Positions 52,711 through 64,000 of a stretch of 64,000 nucleotides of DNA are shown one piece after another. Made by a program: the position numbers and the translations under genes. The notes beneath the pieces are model-generated. The model did not search any database, had not been told where the DNA came from, and saw only the letters and a program-made list of their open reading frames with translations. Numbering within the stretch: position 1 is the stretch's first letter; each line of letters begins with the position of its first letter. Source of the stretch: an uncultured OCS116 cluster bacterium (lineage in GTDB: Bacteria > Pseudomonadota > Alphaproteobacteria > Rhizobiales > TMED25); the NCBI GenBank assembly GCA_902633855.1, contig CACPHU010000004.1, positions 17,479 to 81,478 on the forward strand, written 5' to 3'.

Positions 52711-53667
52711 TTATATTTCTAATAAACTAAGATTTTTGTCGTAATTTTGCAATTTATTTAGCACATTACCACAGTCAATTTCCATCTGCTTTGCCAGCTC
52801 TATGTTGTCGGAAAATTTCATGTCACCTCTAATAAAATCTATAAACTCAACTCTCACCGATTTACCATATAGATCATCATTAAAGTCAAATATGTAAGTT
52901 TCGAGAAATTCTTCATCACCATTAAATGTAGGTCTAGTACCAAAATATGATGCGCTGCCATACTTATGCCCATTAAAGTATATATTGGTTGCATATATTC
53001 CATGTGCCAGATTTATGGACTTATTCAAACGCAGATTTACCGTTGGAAATCCCATATCAGTACCTTTGTTCTGACCCTTAATTACCAGTCCTTTAACGTA
53101 CCAGTAGTAACCCAAGAAAGTTGTTGCATTAACAATATCACCCTGAGATATGAAATCTCGAATGCTGGAAGATGAATATATCTGTGAATTGCCATCTGTC
53201 TGCTTCTCAATGGATTGAAAACTGATACCCGAGACTTCACATTGCATCCTCAAGTAACTTGAATTTCCACTTCTTTTATGACCAAATTTGAAATCAGATC
53301 CTACTGTGACATGGCTAACCCCAAGACCGTCAATCAAAATATTATTAAAAAATTCATCAGGGGACATTCTTGATAGCTCGTGATTAAATTCTATCTCATA
53401 CAGAATATCAATTCCTAATTTTTCTAATATTTCGTATTTTAATTCTTGAGTAGTGATCTGATTTATAGCTTGACCGTTAGCAAAAAAATTTTTTGGATGT
53501 GGGTTGAAAGTACAGATACCTGTTTTTTTACCCATAGTTTTGGAAAGTTCAGCTATATTACTGATTAAGGCTTTGTGGCCATTATGAATTCCATCGAAAT
53601 TTCCGATTGCAATTACAGATCCCTTATCACTTTTGTCTATATTTTTGTAGTTTTTTATAATTTTCAT
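52711..53667 (-). CDS. ribF: Bifunctional riboflavin kinase/FAD synthetase
   Basis: IGNFDGIHNGH, SSSSIR, GFPTVN, RPTF, LYGK. Confidence 0.96.
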   Translation of the reverse strand: MKIIKNYKNIDKSDKGSVIAIGNFDGIHNGHKALISNIAELSKTMGKKTGICTFNPHPKNFFANGQAINQITTQELKYEILEKLGIDILYEIEFNHELSRMSPDEFFNNILIDGLGVSHVTVGSDFKFGHKRSGNSSYLRMQCEVSGISFQSIEKQTDGNSQIYSSSSIRDFISQGDIVNATTFLGYYWYVKGLVIKGQNKGTDMGFPTVNLRLNKSINLAHGIYATNIYFNGHKYGSASYFGTRPTFNGDEEFLETYIFDFNDDLYGKSVRVEFIDFIRGDMKFSDNIELAKQMEIDCGNVLNKLQNYDKNLSLLEI

Positions 53668-53683
53668 CGTTGTAGTAGCGGTT

Positions 53684-54556
53684 TTATAACAAATTCAAGC
53701 TATTCATAACGTATTTTGGAATTGCAATTTTGGAATAATACTTATTGATGTAATCTTTTACGCTCTCGATGTCAATTTCTGACATATCATTATTTTTTTT
53801 AAATTCTGCTTCATGAACACCGTTGATAATGAATAATGAGTCTATTCCAAAATTACTAGCGCCTGCAATATCAGTATTTAAGCCATCCCCGATAGCTAAG
53901 ATGCTATCTTTAGATACGCTCTTCTGATTTGACTGAAGTACTTTTTCGAGCGCCAAATCATAAATATACGAGTGCGGTTTGCCAAAGTAAACAACCTCGC
54001 CGCCCATTTGTGAATAAGACTGCGCAATTAAGCCTGCACAGGGAAGGCGAATACTGCCTTTATTGACGTACAAATCAGGATTAGCGCAGTGTATGACAAT
54101 ACCTCTTTCAAGAAGAGTCTCTAATATTTTCTGATAGTCACCAATAGACTCAATATATTCATTGAAAAACCCAGTGCATATGCATTCAAGGCAATCAAAC
54201 TCACTCACTTTTTTAAGATCTAATCCCGCAAATAGGGAGTTGTCTTTTTCGGGCCCAATATGGAACAGTGGGCGGTCTCCTATCGAAGAAAGCCAAGAAT
54301 ATGAGCAATCTCCTGATGATACTATATTGTTGCAGATATTGCGCTCCACTCCCATGTTGAATAAATAATCTCTTATTATTTCAGACCTCCTAGGCGCATT
54401 AGTGATGAGGCAGATATCACCGCCTGCATCTAAATACGCTAAAAGCGTATTTATTGCATCTGGGAAAATGTTATTTCCATTATGCACAACACCCCAAATG
54501 TCGCAGAGAATCAGTGAGTAAGTATTTGCTATTTCACTCAACTTTGGCTTTGTCAT
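53684..54556 (-). CDS. HAD-superfamily class IIA hydrolase (TIGR01459-like)
   Basis: CDIWGVVHNG, ITNAPR, CANPD, GKPH, IGDGLNTDIAGA. Confidence 0.9.
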   Translation of the reverse strand: MTKPKLSEIANTYSLILCDIWGVVHNGNNIFPDAINTLLAYLDAGGDICLITNAPRRSEIIRDYLFNMGVERNICNNIVSSGDCSYSWLSSIGDRPLFHIGPEKDNSLFAGLDLKKVSEFDCLECICTGFFNEYIESIGDYQKILETLLERGIVIHCANPDLYVNKGSIRLPCAGLIAQSYSQMGGEVVYFGKPHSYIYDLALEKVLQSNQKSVSKDSILAIGDGLNTDIAGASNFGIDSLFIINGVHEAEFKKNNDMSEIDIESVKDYINKYYSKIAIPKYVMNSLNLL

Positions 54557-54670
54557 CTTTTTCTCAATTAAAAGTAATCTGCCATCCATTATTAGAGGTT
54601 ATTGATTAATATTTTAATAAGGGTTTGTGCATATGTTTTTGGTAAATTTTATATTCCCAGATTTAAGCTA

Positions 54671-54698
54671 TTGACAAATTAAATTACAAAACATATAT
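54671..54698 (+). promoter_or_regulatory. Putative groESL promoter (TTGACA -35; RpoH-like CATATAT -10)
   Basis: TTGACA at 54671 and CATATAT at 54692, just upstream of CIRCE. Confidence 0.55.
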
Positions 54699-54704
54699 CT
54701 CTTC

Positions 54705-54731
54705 TTAGCACTCAATTAGGGTGAGTGCTAT
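54705..54731 (+). promoter_or_regulatory. CIRCE element (HrcA operator)
   Basis: TTAGCACTC-N9-GAGTGCTAT, 17/18 match to the CIRCE consensus, upstream of groES. Confidence 0.93.
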
Positions 54732-54763
54732 TTTTAATCGTAATTAAAATTGGAGAATATAAA

Positions 54764-56726
<1,963 letters not shown>

Positions 56727-56753
56727 TCAACCCGTATCCCAATAAAACTTTTT

Positions 56754-56784
56754 AAAACCCTCTCTTTTTGAGAGGGTTTTTTTT
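56754..56784. terminator. Bidirectional intrinsic terminator between groEL and hisG
   Basis: AAAACCCTCTC-TTTTT-GAGAGGGTTTT perfect 11-bp stem with T tract. Confidence 0.88.
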
Positions 56785-57520
56785 ATGATAATAAACTTAC
56801 TATTTTGGATATATGCGCTTTATCAGAGCCCAAAAGATTAAGTAGCCCAGATAGTGTTATCATTTTATCTTTGCTCCAATTTCTATTTAGCCCAGAGAAC
56901 AGGCATGCTTGACTCTCAAGTATCGTACCTGATTCTATTCTTTTTAACTGATTAGCAGCTAGTGTTGATCCGGTGCTTGTTATGTCAATTATTATTTCTG
57001 ATGAACCATACGCTGGAGCACCCTCCGTTGCCCCATGACTATCAACAAGCAGGTAATCAGATAAACCAATTTTTTCAAAAAAATTACGGGAAATATTTGG
57101 ATATTTTGTTGCAATTCTTAGTCTCTTGCCAGTTGATACACGAAAGTTATAAATTACATCCTCCAAATCATTAATGCTCATAACATCAATCCATGTAATT
57201 GGAACGGCAACAACTACATCAGCTTTGCCAAAACCAAGCTCAAGTATGTTATGTGTGCTCATATCAGGTAAGTGCACATACTCATTGATCAAATCTAAGC
57301 CAGTGACACCTAAATCTATTGACCCTTTCATGAGTTCGAGTGAAATTTCTTTTGGTGAAAGAAAAATCAATTCAATATTATCATAGCCGATCAACTTACC
57401 AATATACCCTCGATCCCCCCTTCCACGCTCAATTTCAAGACCATTTTCTTTTAGAAAGTCTACTGTCTGTTTTTGTAATCTACCCTTATTTGGAATACCT
57501 AAAATTAGCTTATGACTCAT
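56783..57520 (-). CDS. hisG: ATP phosphoribosyltransferase catalytic subunit (short form)
   Basis: IPNKGRL, DLGVTGLD, IATKY, GATEGAP, DITSTGSTL..N.L; start placed at ATG 57520. Confidence 0.95.
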   Translation of the reverse strand: MSHKLILGIPNKGRLQKQTVDFLKENGLEIERGRGDRGYIGKLIGYDNIELIFLSPKEISLELMKGSIDLGVTGLDLINEYVHLPDMSTHNILELGFGKADVVVAVPITWIDVMSINDLEDVIYNFRVSTGKRLRIATKYPNISRNFFEKIGLSDYLLVDSHGATEGAPAYGSSEIIIDITSTGSTLAANQLKRIESGTILESQACLFSGLNRNWSKDKMITLSGLLNLLGSDKAHISKIVSLLS

Positions 57521-58658
57521 TATTACCCTCATCGAATAACAACCGATCAACATAAATTGAACATCCAACAGCTGGAATAGGTTCTGCGGATCCTAGCTCT
57601 TCAAATATTTTATCGTAACGACCCCCTATAGCAATTGGCTCATTTTTATTTTCATCTTTCGTTCTGATTTCAAATATCAAACCTGTATAATATTCAACCT
57701 TTCTGGATAATGTTGCATTAAACTCAATCATATCCTTTGCTATCTGATTTTTTTTCAAGATTTTTACTCGATTTTCTAAATTTTCAATCCCTTCTGCAAA
57801 ATCAATGTGATATTTCTTCTGAAAATTATCTAATAGTTCGATTACTCTCGAGATATCTCCCTTGATAGACAAAAATTCTGTTATTTGCTCGATTACTGTG
57901 TCGTTAATCATAGTACCATTAATGAGTTCTGATTTATCGATATAGCTTTTTACAATATCATCAGGTCGCCTACCTGAAAATATAGATAAATCGTCAGATC
58001 CAGTTAATTTTTGAATTAATGCCGTGCTGGATAAGTTATTATTCTTATACTCATCTATGAGATCTAAGCGAGGCTTTGCTTCAAATCGTGTATTAATAAT
58101 TTTTTTTATTGAGTCTTTTATTTCAGTCGCACCCAGCCCGCTCCAATAGAGTCTTCTGACTCTATTGAATAAGTATGTATCAATTTTCAGGTGATTGAGT
58201 AACTGATAAAACATAGAAATATCACTGATCTTTATTTCTAAATGATCATCATAAAACGACGAGAGTATTTCACAAGCTTGAGATATGACATCCCCCTCAA
58301 CGTTTATCTTATTTATATCCCCAAAATTCTCTATACCTATTTGTCTGAACTCAGGGCAATATCTTGTTTTTTCATTTATTGATGGAAATCTGAATGCGTA
58401 ACCATCATACACAAACTTATTTGCTTGCACTTCATTATTAATATAGCTAATAGCAAGCGGTAGGGTAAAATCTGGTCTCAAGCATAGCTCATCACCACTA
58501 GGAGAACTTGTGAAAAGTAATCTGTTCCTAACATCTTCACCCATAAAGTTCATAACAATATCAGCCGGTATTGTCATGGCTGGATTACAGAACGTGTATC
58601 CTTTATTGATAAAAAATTCTCTGATTGATGAAGGATCTTTGTCCATTGCTTTATTCAT
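57510..58658 (-). CDS. hisZ: ATP phosphoribosyltransferase regulatory subunit
   Basis: LCLRPDFTLP, EFRQIGIE, YYTGLIFE, GGRYD; HisRS paralog between hisS and hisG. Confidence 0.9.
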   Translation of the reverse strand: MNKAMDKDPSSIREFFINKGYTFCNPAMTIPADIVMNFMGEDVRNRLLFTSSPSGDELCLRPDFTLPLAISYINNEVQANKFVYDGYAFRFPSINEKTRYCPEFRQIGIENFGDINKINVEGDVISQACEILSSFYDDHLEIKISDISMFYQLLNHLKIDTYLFNRVRRLYWSGLGATEIKDSIKKIINTRFEAKPRLDLIDEYKNNNLSSTALIQKLTGSDDLSIFSGRRPDDIVKSYIDKSELINGTMINDTVIEQITEFLSIKGDISRVIELLDNFQKKYHIDFAEGIENLENRVKILKKNQIAKDMIEFNATLSRKVEYYTGLIFEIRTKDENKNEPIAIGGRYDKIFEELGSAEPIPAVGCSIYVDRLLFDEGNNES

Positions 58659-58660
58659 AC

Positions 58661-60142
58661 TTAAGTCTTATCTTTTTTGAGAATTTGCGAAATTTCTTTG
58701 ACTACCTCACTCCTAATTACTTCAAATTGAATCTCATCATTTTTGATCCAATTATCTCGGCTACCAATTGTTGCTGATACTTCCTTTCCCTTTGTAAGGT
58801 TTTTTATTGTTACAATACCCTTTTCTCGTTCAACTGTGCCCTCAATAATTACCAATGGTGAACCTTTCTTGTCTGCATATTTCATCTGAGCCTTCATGCC
58901 AGCCGTACCGAGGTAAACTTCAGCCTTAATACCATATGAACGAAGCTCTTGTGCCATTTGATAGTAGCTATACTCATAATCTTTATCCATATTTAAGATG
59001 AGTATTGGCCCATAATTTTCTCTCAATATCTCAAAGTTCATCATTTGCATTACGGTACAAAGACGGCTGACCCCAATAGAAAAACCACTGGCACCTACCT
59101 GGTCTTTTCGAAACCTTGATATCAACTCATCGTATCTACCACCTCCACCAACTGAGCCAATAACTGGAAGATTTTTGTCGTTATCCTTAGATATCAAATT
59201 CGCTTCAAAAATCACTCCCGTATAATATTCAAGACCTCTTACAATAGAACTATCAAAAACAACAGATTTATTATAATTTAATTTATCCAAGATATTGTTT
59301 ATGCTCCTTAATTCCTCAATTGCTAATTGTCCAAGGTCATTTTCACCCACAAGCTCGATAGCTTGAGTGATGAACCCATCCCTACTCTGTGAGCCTATCG
59401 ATATAAAATCGAGTATTTTTGAGATACTAGCTTCTTGCAGCTTTGCGCCAATTGTATAATCACCTGACTCATCTTTTCTACCTTCAGATAATAATTTTTG
59501 AACCCCATCAATACCAATACGATCAAGCTTATCAATTGCCCTAAGTATTGTTAGCCTTCGAACTTCATCAATATCTTCAGTGTCTGATACTAGAGCGAGA
59601 ATGGCATCCAATAACTTTCTGCTGGATACTCTTATATTGTAATTTTCATCATTTAGACCCAGCGAGCTCATGGAGTCAGCAGATAGCATAATTAGTTCTG
59701 CATCAACGCCATATGAGTTTGAGCCTATAATATCTGCATCTAATTGTAAAAATTCCCTGTATCGACCTGGGCCAGGTTTTTCATTACGCCATACATTACC
59801 GAGCTGATACCTCTTATAGGGTTTGGTAATTTTATCAAAATTTTCCGCGACATACCTCGCTAATGGCGATGTTAAATCATATCTTAATGAAAGCCATTTT
59901 TCATCATCATCTTGAAATGAAAATACGCCAGCATTTGGCCGATCAGAGTCCGGTAGAAACTTACCGAGTGCAGAAGTGTATTCAAAAGAAGGCGTTGATA
60001 GCTCTTCAAACCCATATGACTCATAAATAGGAATAATCTTTGAGGTTAAATTTTTAATAAGGTCTAACTCTGAATGCCCAATGTCGCGCAGGCCCCTTGG
60101 TAGAGCTGCCTTTAGTGTATTTTTTGAGCTATCATTGGTCAT
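58661..60142 (-). CDS. hisS: Histidine--tRNA ligase
   Basis: LPRGLRD, SLRYDLT, WRNEKPGPGRYREF, RGLEYYTG, GGGRYD, QMKYAD. Confidence 0.97.
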   Translation of the reverse strand: MTNDSSKNTLKAALPRGLRDIGHSELDLIKNLTSKIIPIYESYGFEELSTPSFEYTSALGKFLPDSDRPNAGVFSFQDDDEKWLSLRYDLTSPLARYVAENFDKITKPYKRYQLGNVWRNEKPGPGRYREFLQLDADIIGSNSYGVDAELIMLSADSMSSLGLNDENYNIRVSSRKLLDAILALVSDTEDIDEVRRLTILRAIDKLDRIGIDGVQKLLSEGRKDESGDYTIGAKLQEASISKILDFISIGSQSRDGFITQAIELVGENDLGQLAIEELRSINNILDKLNYNKSVVFDSSIVRGLEYYTGVIFEANLISKDNDKNLPVIGSVGGGGRYDELISRFRKDQVGASGFSIGVSRLCTVMQMMNFEILRENYGPILILNMDKDYEYSYYQMAQELRSYGIKAEVYLGTAGMKAQMKYADKKGSPLVIIEGTVEREKGIVTIKNLTKGKEVSATIGSRDNWIKNDEIQFEVIRSEVVKEISQILKKDKT

Positions 60143-60265
60143 CTTTTATATCTTATATCTGAATTATAAATCCAATTTTTTAAAATAAATTTTGAAATTA
60201 TACTAGTTTGTCATTAATACAAGAAAATTATTAATATATGAATAATTTGAAGCCAATACCACTTT

Positions 60266-60320
60266 TAGTAAAATTTACTATATAAAACAATATATTTATT
60301 GAAATTAGAACAAAATACTA
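60266..60320. promoter_or_regulatory. Two Lrp/AsnC-type 15-bp palindromic sites
   Basis: TAGTAAAATTTACTA (60266-60280) and TAGAACAAAATACTA (60306-60320) resemble the Lrp consensus YAGHAWATTWTDCTR, upstream of an Lrp-family gene. Confidence 0.55.
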
Positions 60321-60369
60321 TTATATCTATATAATTGAAATATTAAACTAATATAATAATAGGCTACAT

Positions 60370-60873
60370 ATGGCAACAAAACTGGATAGAATAGATCGTA
60401 AAATACTCAATCTTCTCCAAGAAGATTGCACCATATCCGTATCAGATATTTCAGCGAAAGTCGCACTTTCCTCAACACCCTGCTGGCGAAGGATTCAGAG
60501 AATGGAAAAGGAAGGGATAATTTCAAAGCGCGTTGCATTATTGAACCCAAAGAAAATAAATGCAGATGTCACCGCTTTTGTCGCAGTTAAAACAAACGAA
60601 CATAATAACCAATGGCTTGCAGAATTAAAAAAAATTATAAATTATTTCCCAGAGGTAGTTGAATTTTACAGGATGGCTGGGGATATCGATTATTTATTGA
60701 GGGTTGTTGTGCCAGATATTTCTGCCTTCGATCGATTTTATAAAAACTTGATTGAAAGAATAAATTTAACCGATGTCTCAACAAGCTTTTCTATGGAGCA
60801 AATTAAATATACAACATCACTGCCACTGAATTACACTGAAGAAGTTGCAAATTCTGATACAAACCTCAACTAA
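60370..60873 (+). CDS. Lrp/AsnC-family transcriptional regulator (DecR-like)
   Basis: LDRIDRKIL..LQ.D, LSSTPCWRRIQRME HTH, EFYRMAGDIDYLLRV, MEQIKYTT.LP. Confidence 0.92.
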   Translation: MATKLDRIDRKILNLLQEDCTISVSDISAKVALSSTPCWRRIQRMEKEGIISKRVALLNPKKINADVTAFVAVKTNEHNNQWLAELKKIINYFPEVVEFYRMAGDIDYLLRVVVPDISAFDRFYKNLIERINLTDVSTSFSMEQIKYTTSLPLNYTEEVANSDTNLN

Positions 60874-61859
60874 CCACCCGTCACAGACATATGCCTATCC
60901 ACTGCAGGGGCATTATTATATTCATCAATTTTGAAGTCATGGCTTTTTGGCTTTAAACTAATAGAACGGTGAATCAATTGAATTATTTCTTCATCCGTAG
61001 CATTATCCCTCATTAGTTTATTGAAATCTACAGAGTCATCTTGCCCCAAACACATATACATTTTTCCTGTGCATGTTACCCTCACTCTATTGCAATCAGA
61101 GCAAAAATTATGACTCAGCGGAGTTATCAAACCGATTTTACAGCCCGTCTCGGTTGATGTGTAATAACGAGATGGTCCTCCAGTACTATAATCTGACTCT
61201 GTAAGCTTGAACTCTTGCTTGAGAACTTTCATATAGTCTGTTAATGGCAAATAATTTTCAGTTCTATCGCCATCAATATCACCCATTGGCATTGTCTCAA
61301 TTAGTGTTACATCCATACCGTTAGAGTGTGCCCATTTAATGATTGACGGGATTTCCTGATCATTAATTCCTTTTAAGGCTACAGTATTGATTTTAATTTT
61401 AATTCCAGATTCTTGAGCTACCTTTATACCATCAAGAACTTTGGATAACTCTCCCCATCTTGTTATTTTTTTAAAGAGATCACCATCCAAGGTATCCAAA
61501 GAAACATTAATTCTTTTTATTTCATTATCTGCAAGATCATTTGCAAAACCAGCAAGTTGGCTTCCATTTGTTGTAATTGTTATCTCTTTAAGATTTGACT
61601 TGCCAATTTTTTGAGATAGTTTTTCAATAAGCCACATCAAATTTTTACGAACAAGTGGCTCACCACCAGTGAGTCGAATCTTCTCTATCCCACACTCAAT
61701 AAATAGTGATGCCAGTCTGTGTAACTCCTCTAAAGTTAAAAGATTGGCCTTAGGGAGAAATGTCATATTTTCAGACATACAATAAACGCATCTAAAGTCA
61801 CAGCGGTCTGTAACAGAAATTCTCAGGTACGTTATATTTCTATTAAAAGGGTCAAGCAA
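60870..61859 (-). CDS. moaA: GTP 3',8-cyclase
   Basis: YLRISVTDRCDFRCVYCM radical-SAM motif, RLTGGEPL, FCSDCNRVR, C-terminal GG. Confidence 0.97.
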   Translation of the reverse strand: MLDPFNRNITYLRISVTDRCDFRCVYCMSENMTFLPKANLLTLEELHRLASLFIECGIEKIRLTGGEPLVRKNLMWLIEKLSQKIGKSNLKEITITTNGSQLAGFANDLADNEIKRINVSLDTLDGDLFKKITRWGELSKVLDGIKVAQESGIKIKINTVALKGINDQEIPSIIKWAHSNGMDVTLIETMPMGDIDGDRTENYLPLTDYMKVLKQEFKLTESDYSTGGPSRYYTSTETGCKIGLITPLSHNFCSDCNRVRVTCTGKMYMCLGQDDSVDFNKLMRDNATDEEIIQLIHRSISLKPKSHDFKIDEYNNAPAVDRHMSVTGG

Positions 61860-61983
61860 TTATTTGCCTCCATCAAAATCATGAGGTTTACGGAACACAG
61901 TTTAATCATAACAAAGTTCTTGTGTTAAATAAATTCAATTTATATTATATGCATATTTGTATTTAGCAAAAATTGGAAGATAA

Positions 61984-62685
61984 ATGTCATCAAAAAAAGT
62001 GTACCAAAATGCCCATGAGGCGATGCAAGGAATTCTTCGTGATGGATTGACAATTTTATCAGGTGGATTTGGTATTTGTGGTATAGCAGAAAATATCACA
62101 GAAGAGATTAAAAATAGTAAAGTAAAAGATTTGACTGTTGTTTCCAACAACTGTGGCATTGATGGTTATGGACTCGGAACGCTCCTGCAAACACGGCAAA
62201 TTAAAAAAATGATATCGTCCTATGTAGGCGAAAATAAAACCTTTGAAGAGCAATATTTGAATGGTGATTTGGAATTAGAATTCTCACCCCAAGGCACGCT
62301 TGCCGAAAGATGTAGAGCGGGGGGCGCAGGTATACCGGCATTCTACACAAAAACAGGTGTTGGAACAGTGATTGCAGAAGGAAAAGAAACAAAAGTCATA
62401 GATGGTGTTGAATACCTTATGGAAAGGGCAATAAAAGGTGATTTATCAATAATAAAAGCATGGAAAGGCGATCATTCGGGAAATCTAATTTTTAGGAAAG
62501 CAGCTAGAAATTTTAATCCGCCAATGGCAAAGGCGGGAAATATTTGTGTGGTAGAAGTTGAACACTTAGTAGAAATAGGCGACCTGGATCCAGATCATAT
62601 TCATCTACCGGGGATTTATGTTGATCGAATATTTGAAGGCACCTACACTGAGAAAAAAATAGAATTTGTAACGTTAACGGAATAG
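61984..62685 (+). CDS. scoA: 3-oxoacid CoA-transferase subunit A
   Basis: GGFGICG, SNNCG, SSYVGEN, PQGTLAER.RAGGAGIPAFYT; substrate not determinable. Confidence 0.88.
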   Translation: MSSKKVYQNAHEAMQGILRDGLTILSGGFGICGIAENITEEIKNSKVKDLTVVSNNCGIDGYGLGTLLQTRQIKKMISSYVGENKTFEEQYLNGDLELEFSPQGTLAERCRAGGAGIPAFYTKTGVGTVIAEGKETKVIDGVEYLMERAIKGDLSIIKAWKGDHSGNLIFRKAARNFNPPMAKAGNICVVEVEHLVEIGDLDPDHIHLPGIYVDRIFEGTYTEKKIEFVTLTE

Positions 62686-62699
62686 CAAAGGAAGTTATT

Positions 62700-63329
62700 T
62701 TGCCTTGGACAAGAGAAGAAATGTGCAGTATTGCAGCAATGGAGCTAAAAGATGGTTACTATTGTAATCTTGGGATTGGCATGCCAACAAAAGTTGCCAA
62801 TTATATACCTGAAGGGGTAAATGTGACACTTCAATCGGAGAACGGCATGCTCGGAATGGGTCCATTCCCCAAAAAAAACCAGGTAGATGCCGATATCATA
62901 AATGCAGGAAAACAAACAATTACTGAGCTTCCCGAAACTTCGTATTTTGATAGTTCAGACTCATTTGCCATGATAAGGGGCGGTCATATTGATCTATCCA
63001 TTTTGGGTGCTTTACAAGTATCAGAGGAAGGGGATTTAGCAAATTGGATGATACCTGGAAAGATGGTAAAAGGAATGGGCGGCGCAATGGATTTAGTGGC
63101 CGGCGTAAAGAAAGTGCTAATTTTGATGGAACACAATGCAAAAGATGGGCAACCAAAATTATTAAAAAAATGTACTTTACCGCTCACTGGGAAGTCAGTT
63201 GTAAATACAGTTATTACTGATCTCGGTAAATTTGATATTTTACCAAATGGTGTAAAAATTAATCAAGCAGCTCCAAATGTTGATATAGATGAAATACGCT
63301 CCAGAACTGAAGCGACCATTATTGATTGA
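62700..63329 (+). CDS. scoB: 3-oxoacid CoA-transferase subunit B
   Basis: NLGIGMPT, LQSENG (catalytic Glu), FAMIRGGH, GMGGAMDLV. Confidence 0.88.
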   Translation: MPWTREEMCSIAAMELKDGYYCNLGIGMPTKVANYIPEGVNVTLQSENGMLGMGPFPKKNQVDADIINAGKQTITELPETSYFDSSDSFAMIRGGHIDLSILGALQVSEEGDLANWMIPGKMVKGMGGAMDLVAGVKKVLILMEHNAKDGQPKLLKKCTLPLTGKSVVNTVITDLGKFDILPNGVKINQAAPNVDIDEIRSRTEATIID

Positions 63330-64000
63330 TCAATTCTTATTTCTTACTAATTCACGATTTATAAGTATAATTGGTAATAACCCTGCCAAAACGATAGTTA
63401 GCGCAGGCAATGCCGCTTCTTCAATCTGTGATAGAGACGCATAGGTATATACATGGGTTGCCAGCGTATCGAAATTGAATGGTCTTAATATTAACGTTGC
63501 TGGCAATTCTTTCATTGAGTCAACAAAGACGAGCAAGGCTGACATAATTAAAGCTGGCTTAATAATTGGAAGTTGTATTTTTAATAGGGTAGAATATTTT
63601 GATTGTCCCAAAACTCGTGAGGCCGCAGAAATATCAGGATTCAGAGTTACAAAACCCGACTCAATTGTTCCGTAAGATATTGTTAGAAAGCGAATTACAT
63701 ACGCATAGATAATTGCTATCATTGTACCCGAAAAAATTAGTCCAATTGTGATATTGAAATATTGACCGAATATACTTTTGAGATAACCATCGAGAGTTAC
63801 GAGCGGCACAATTACACCTAATGCAAGTACAACTCCAGGTAGCGCATAACCAAGTCTTGATATGCTCACCGAAAGCCTAATTATTATGTTGTTCGACGTA
63901 ATATATGTATTCACTAGAAATACGCCCAATATTATTGTTAAAATTGCTGCACATATTGATAAAAAAAGAGAATTAAAGAGTAGGCTTGCATATTCAAAAA
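63330..64000 (-). CDS. Fe(III) ABC transporter permease (FbpB/FutB-type), 5' end beyond window
   Basis: LGYALPG.VLA.G, EAA-like ISAASRVLG, MKELPATLILRPFNFDTLA; frame open to window end. Confidence 0.88.
   Translation of the reverse strand, partial: FEYASLLFNSLFLSICAAILTIILGVFLVNTYITSNNIIIRLSVSISRLGYALPGVVLALGVIVPLVTLDGYLKSIFGQYFNITIGLIFSGTMIAIIYAYVIRFLTISYGTIESGFVTLNPDISAASRVLGQSKYSTLLKIQLPIIKPALIMSALLVFVDSMKELPATLILRPFNFDTLATHVYTYASLSQIEEAALPALTIVLAGLLPIILINRELVRNKN

Overview
AT-rich, gene-dense chromosomal window from a streamlined alphaproteobacterium. Gene order and protein signatures are Rhizobiales-like (glyQS-ppdK, rnhB-ccrM/mutY/dciA-dsbA-smc-atpIBEF'F, the cox aa3 operon running into thrC, hisS-hisZ-hisG, IleS with a CxRSW C-terminus), most consistent with a low-GC marine lineage; this taxonomy is inference. 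Content is almost entirely housekeeping: NAD synthesis, PPDK, tRNA synthetases, isoprenoid/quinone genes, ETF-QO, DNA repair, SMC, Fo ATPase, cytochrome c oxidase, lipid A, purD, CIRCE-groESL, His genes, moaA/moaB, a CoA-transferase and a partial Fe(III) ABC permease. I found no rRNA, tRNA, CRISPR, prophage or mobile element, and no clearly new multi-gene system. Best leads: (1) a CcrM methyltransferase with Asp at the Caulobacter Gly40-equivalent position, predicting GAWTC rather than GANTC specificity; (2) two genes whose conserved N-termini seem to need a non-canonical ATT start, one behind a coupled 3-codon mini-ORF; (3) a family-4 UDG with a degenerate active site; (4) paired Lrp-type boxes between hisS and an Lrp-family gene; (5) apparent gene losses from conserved slots (mutL, ispH and others).
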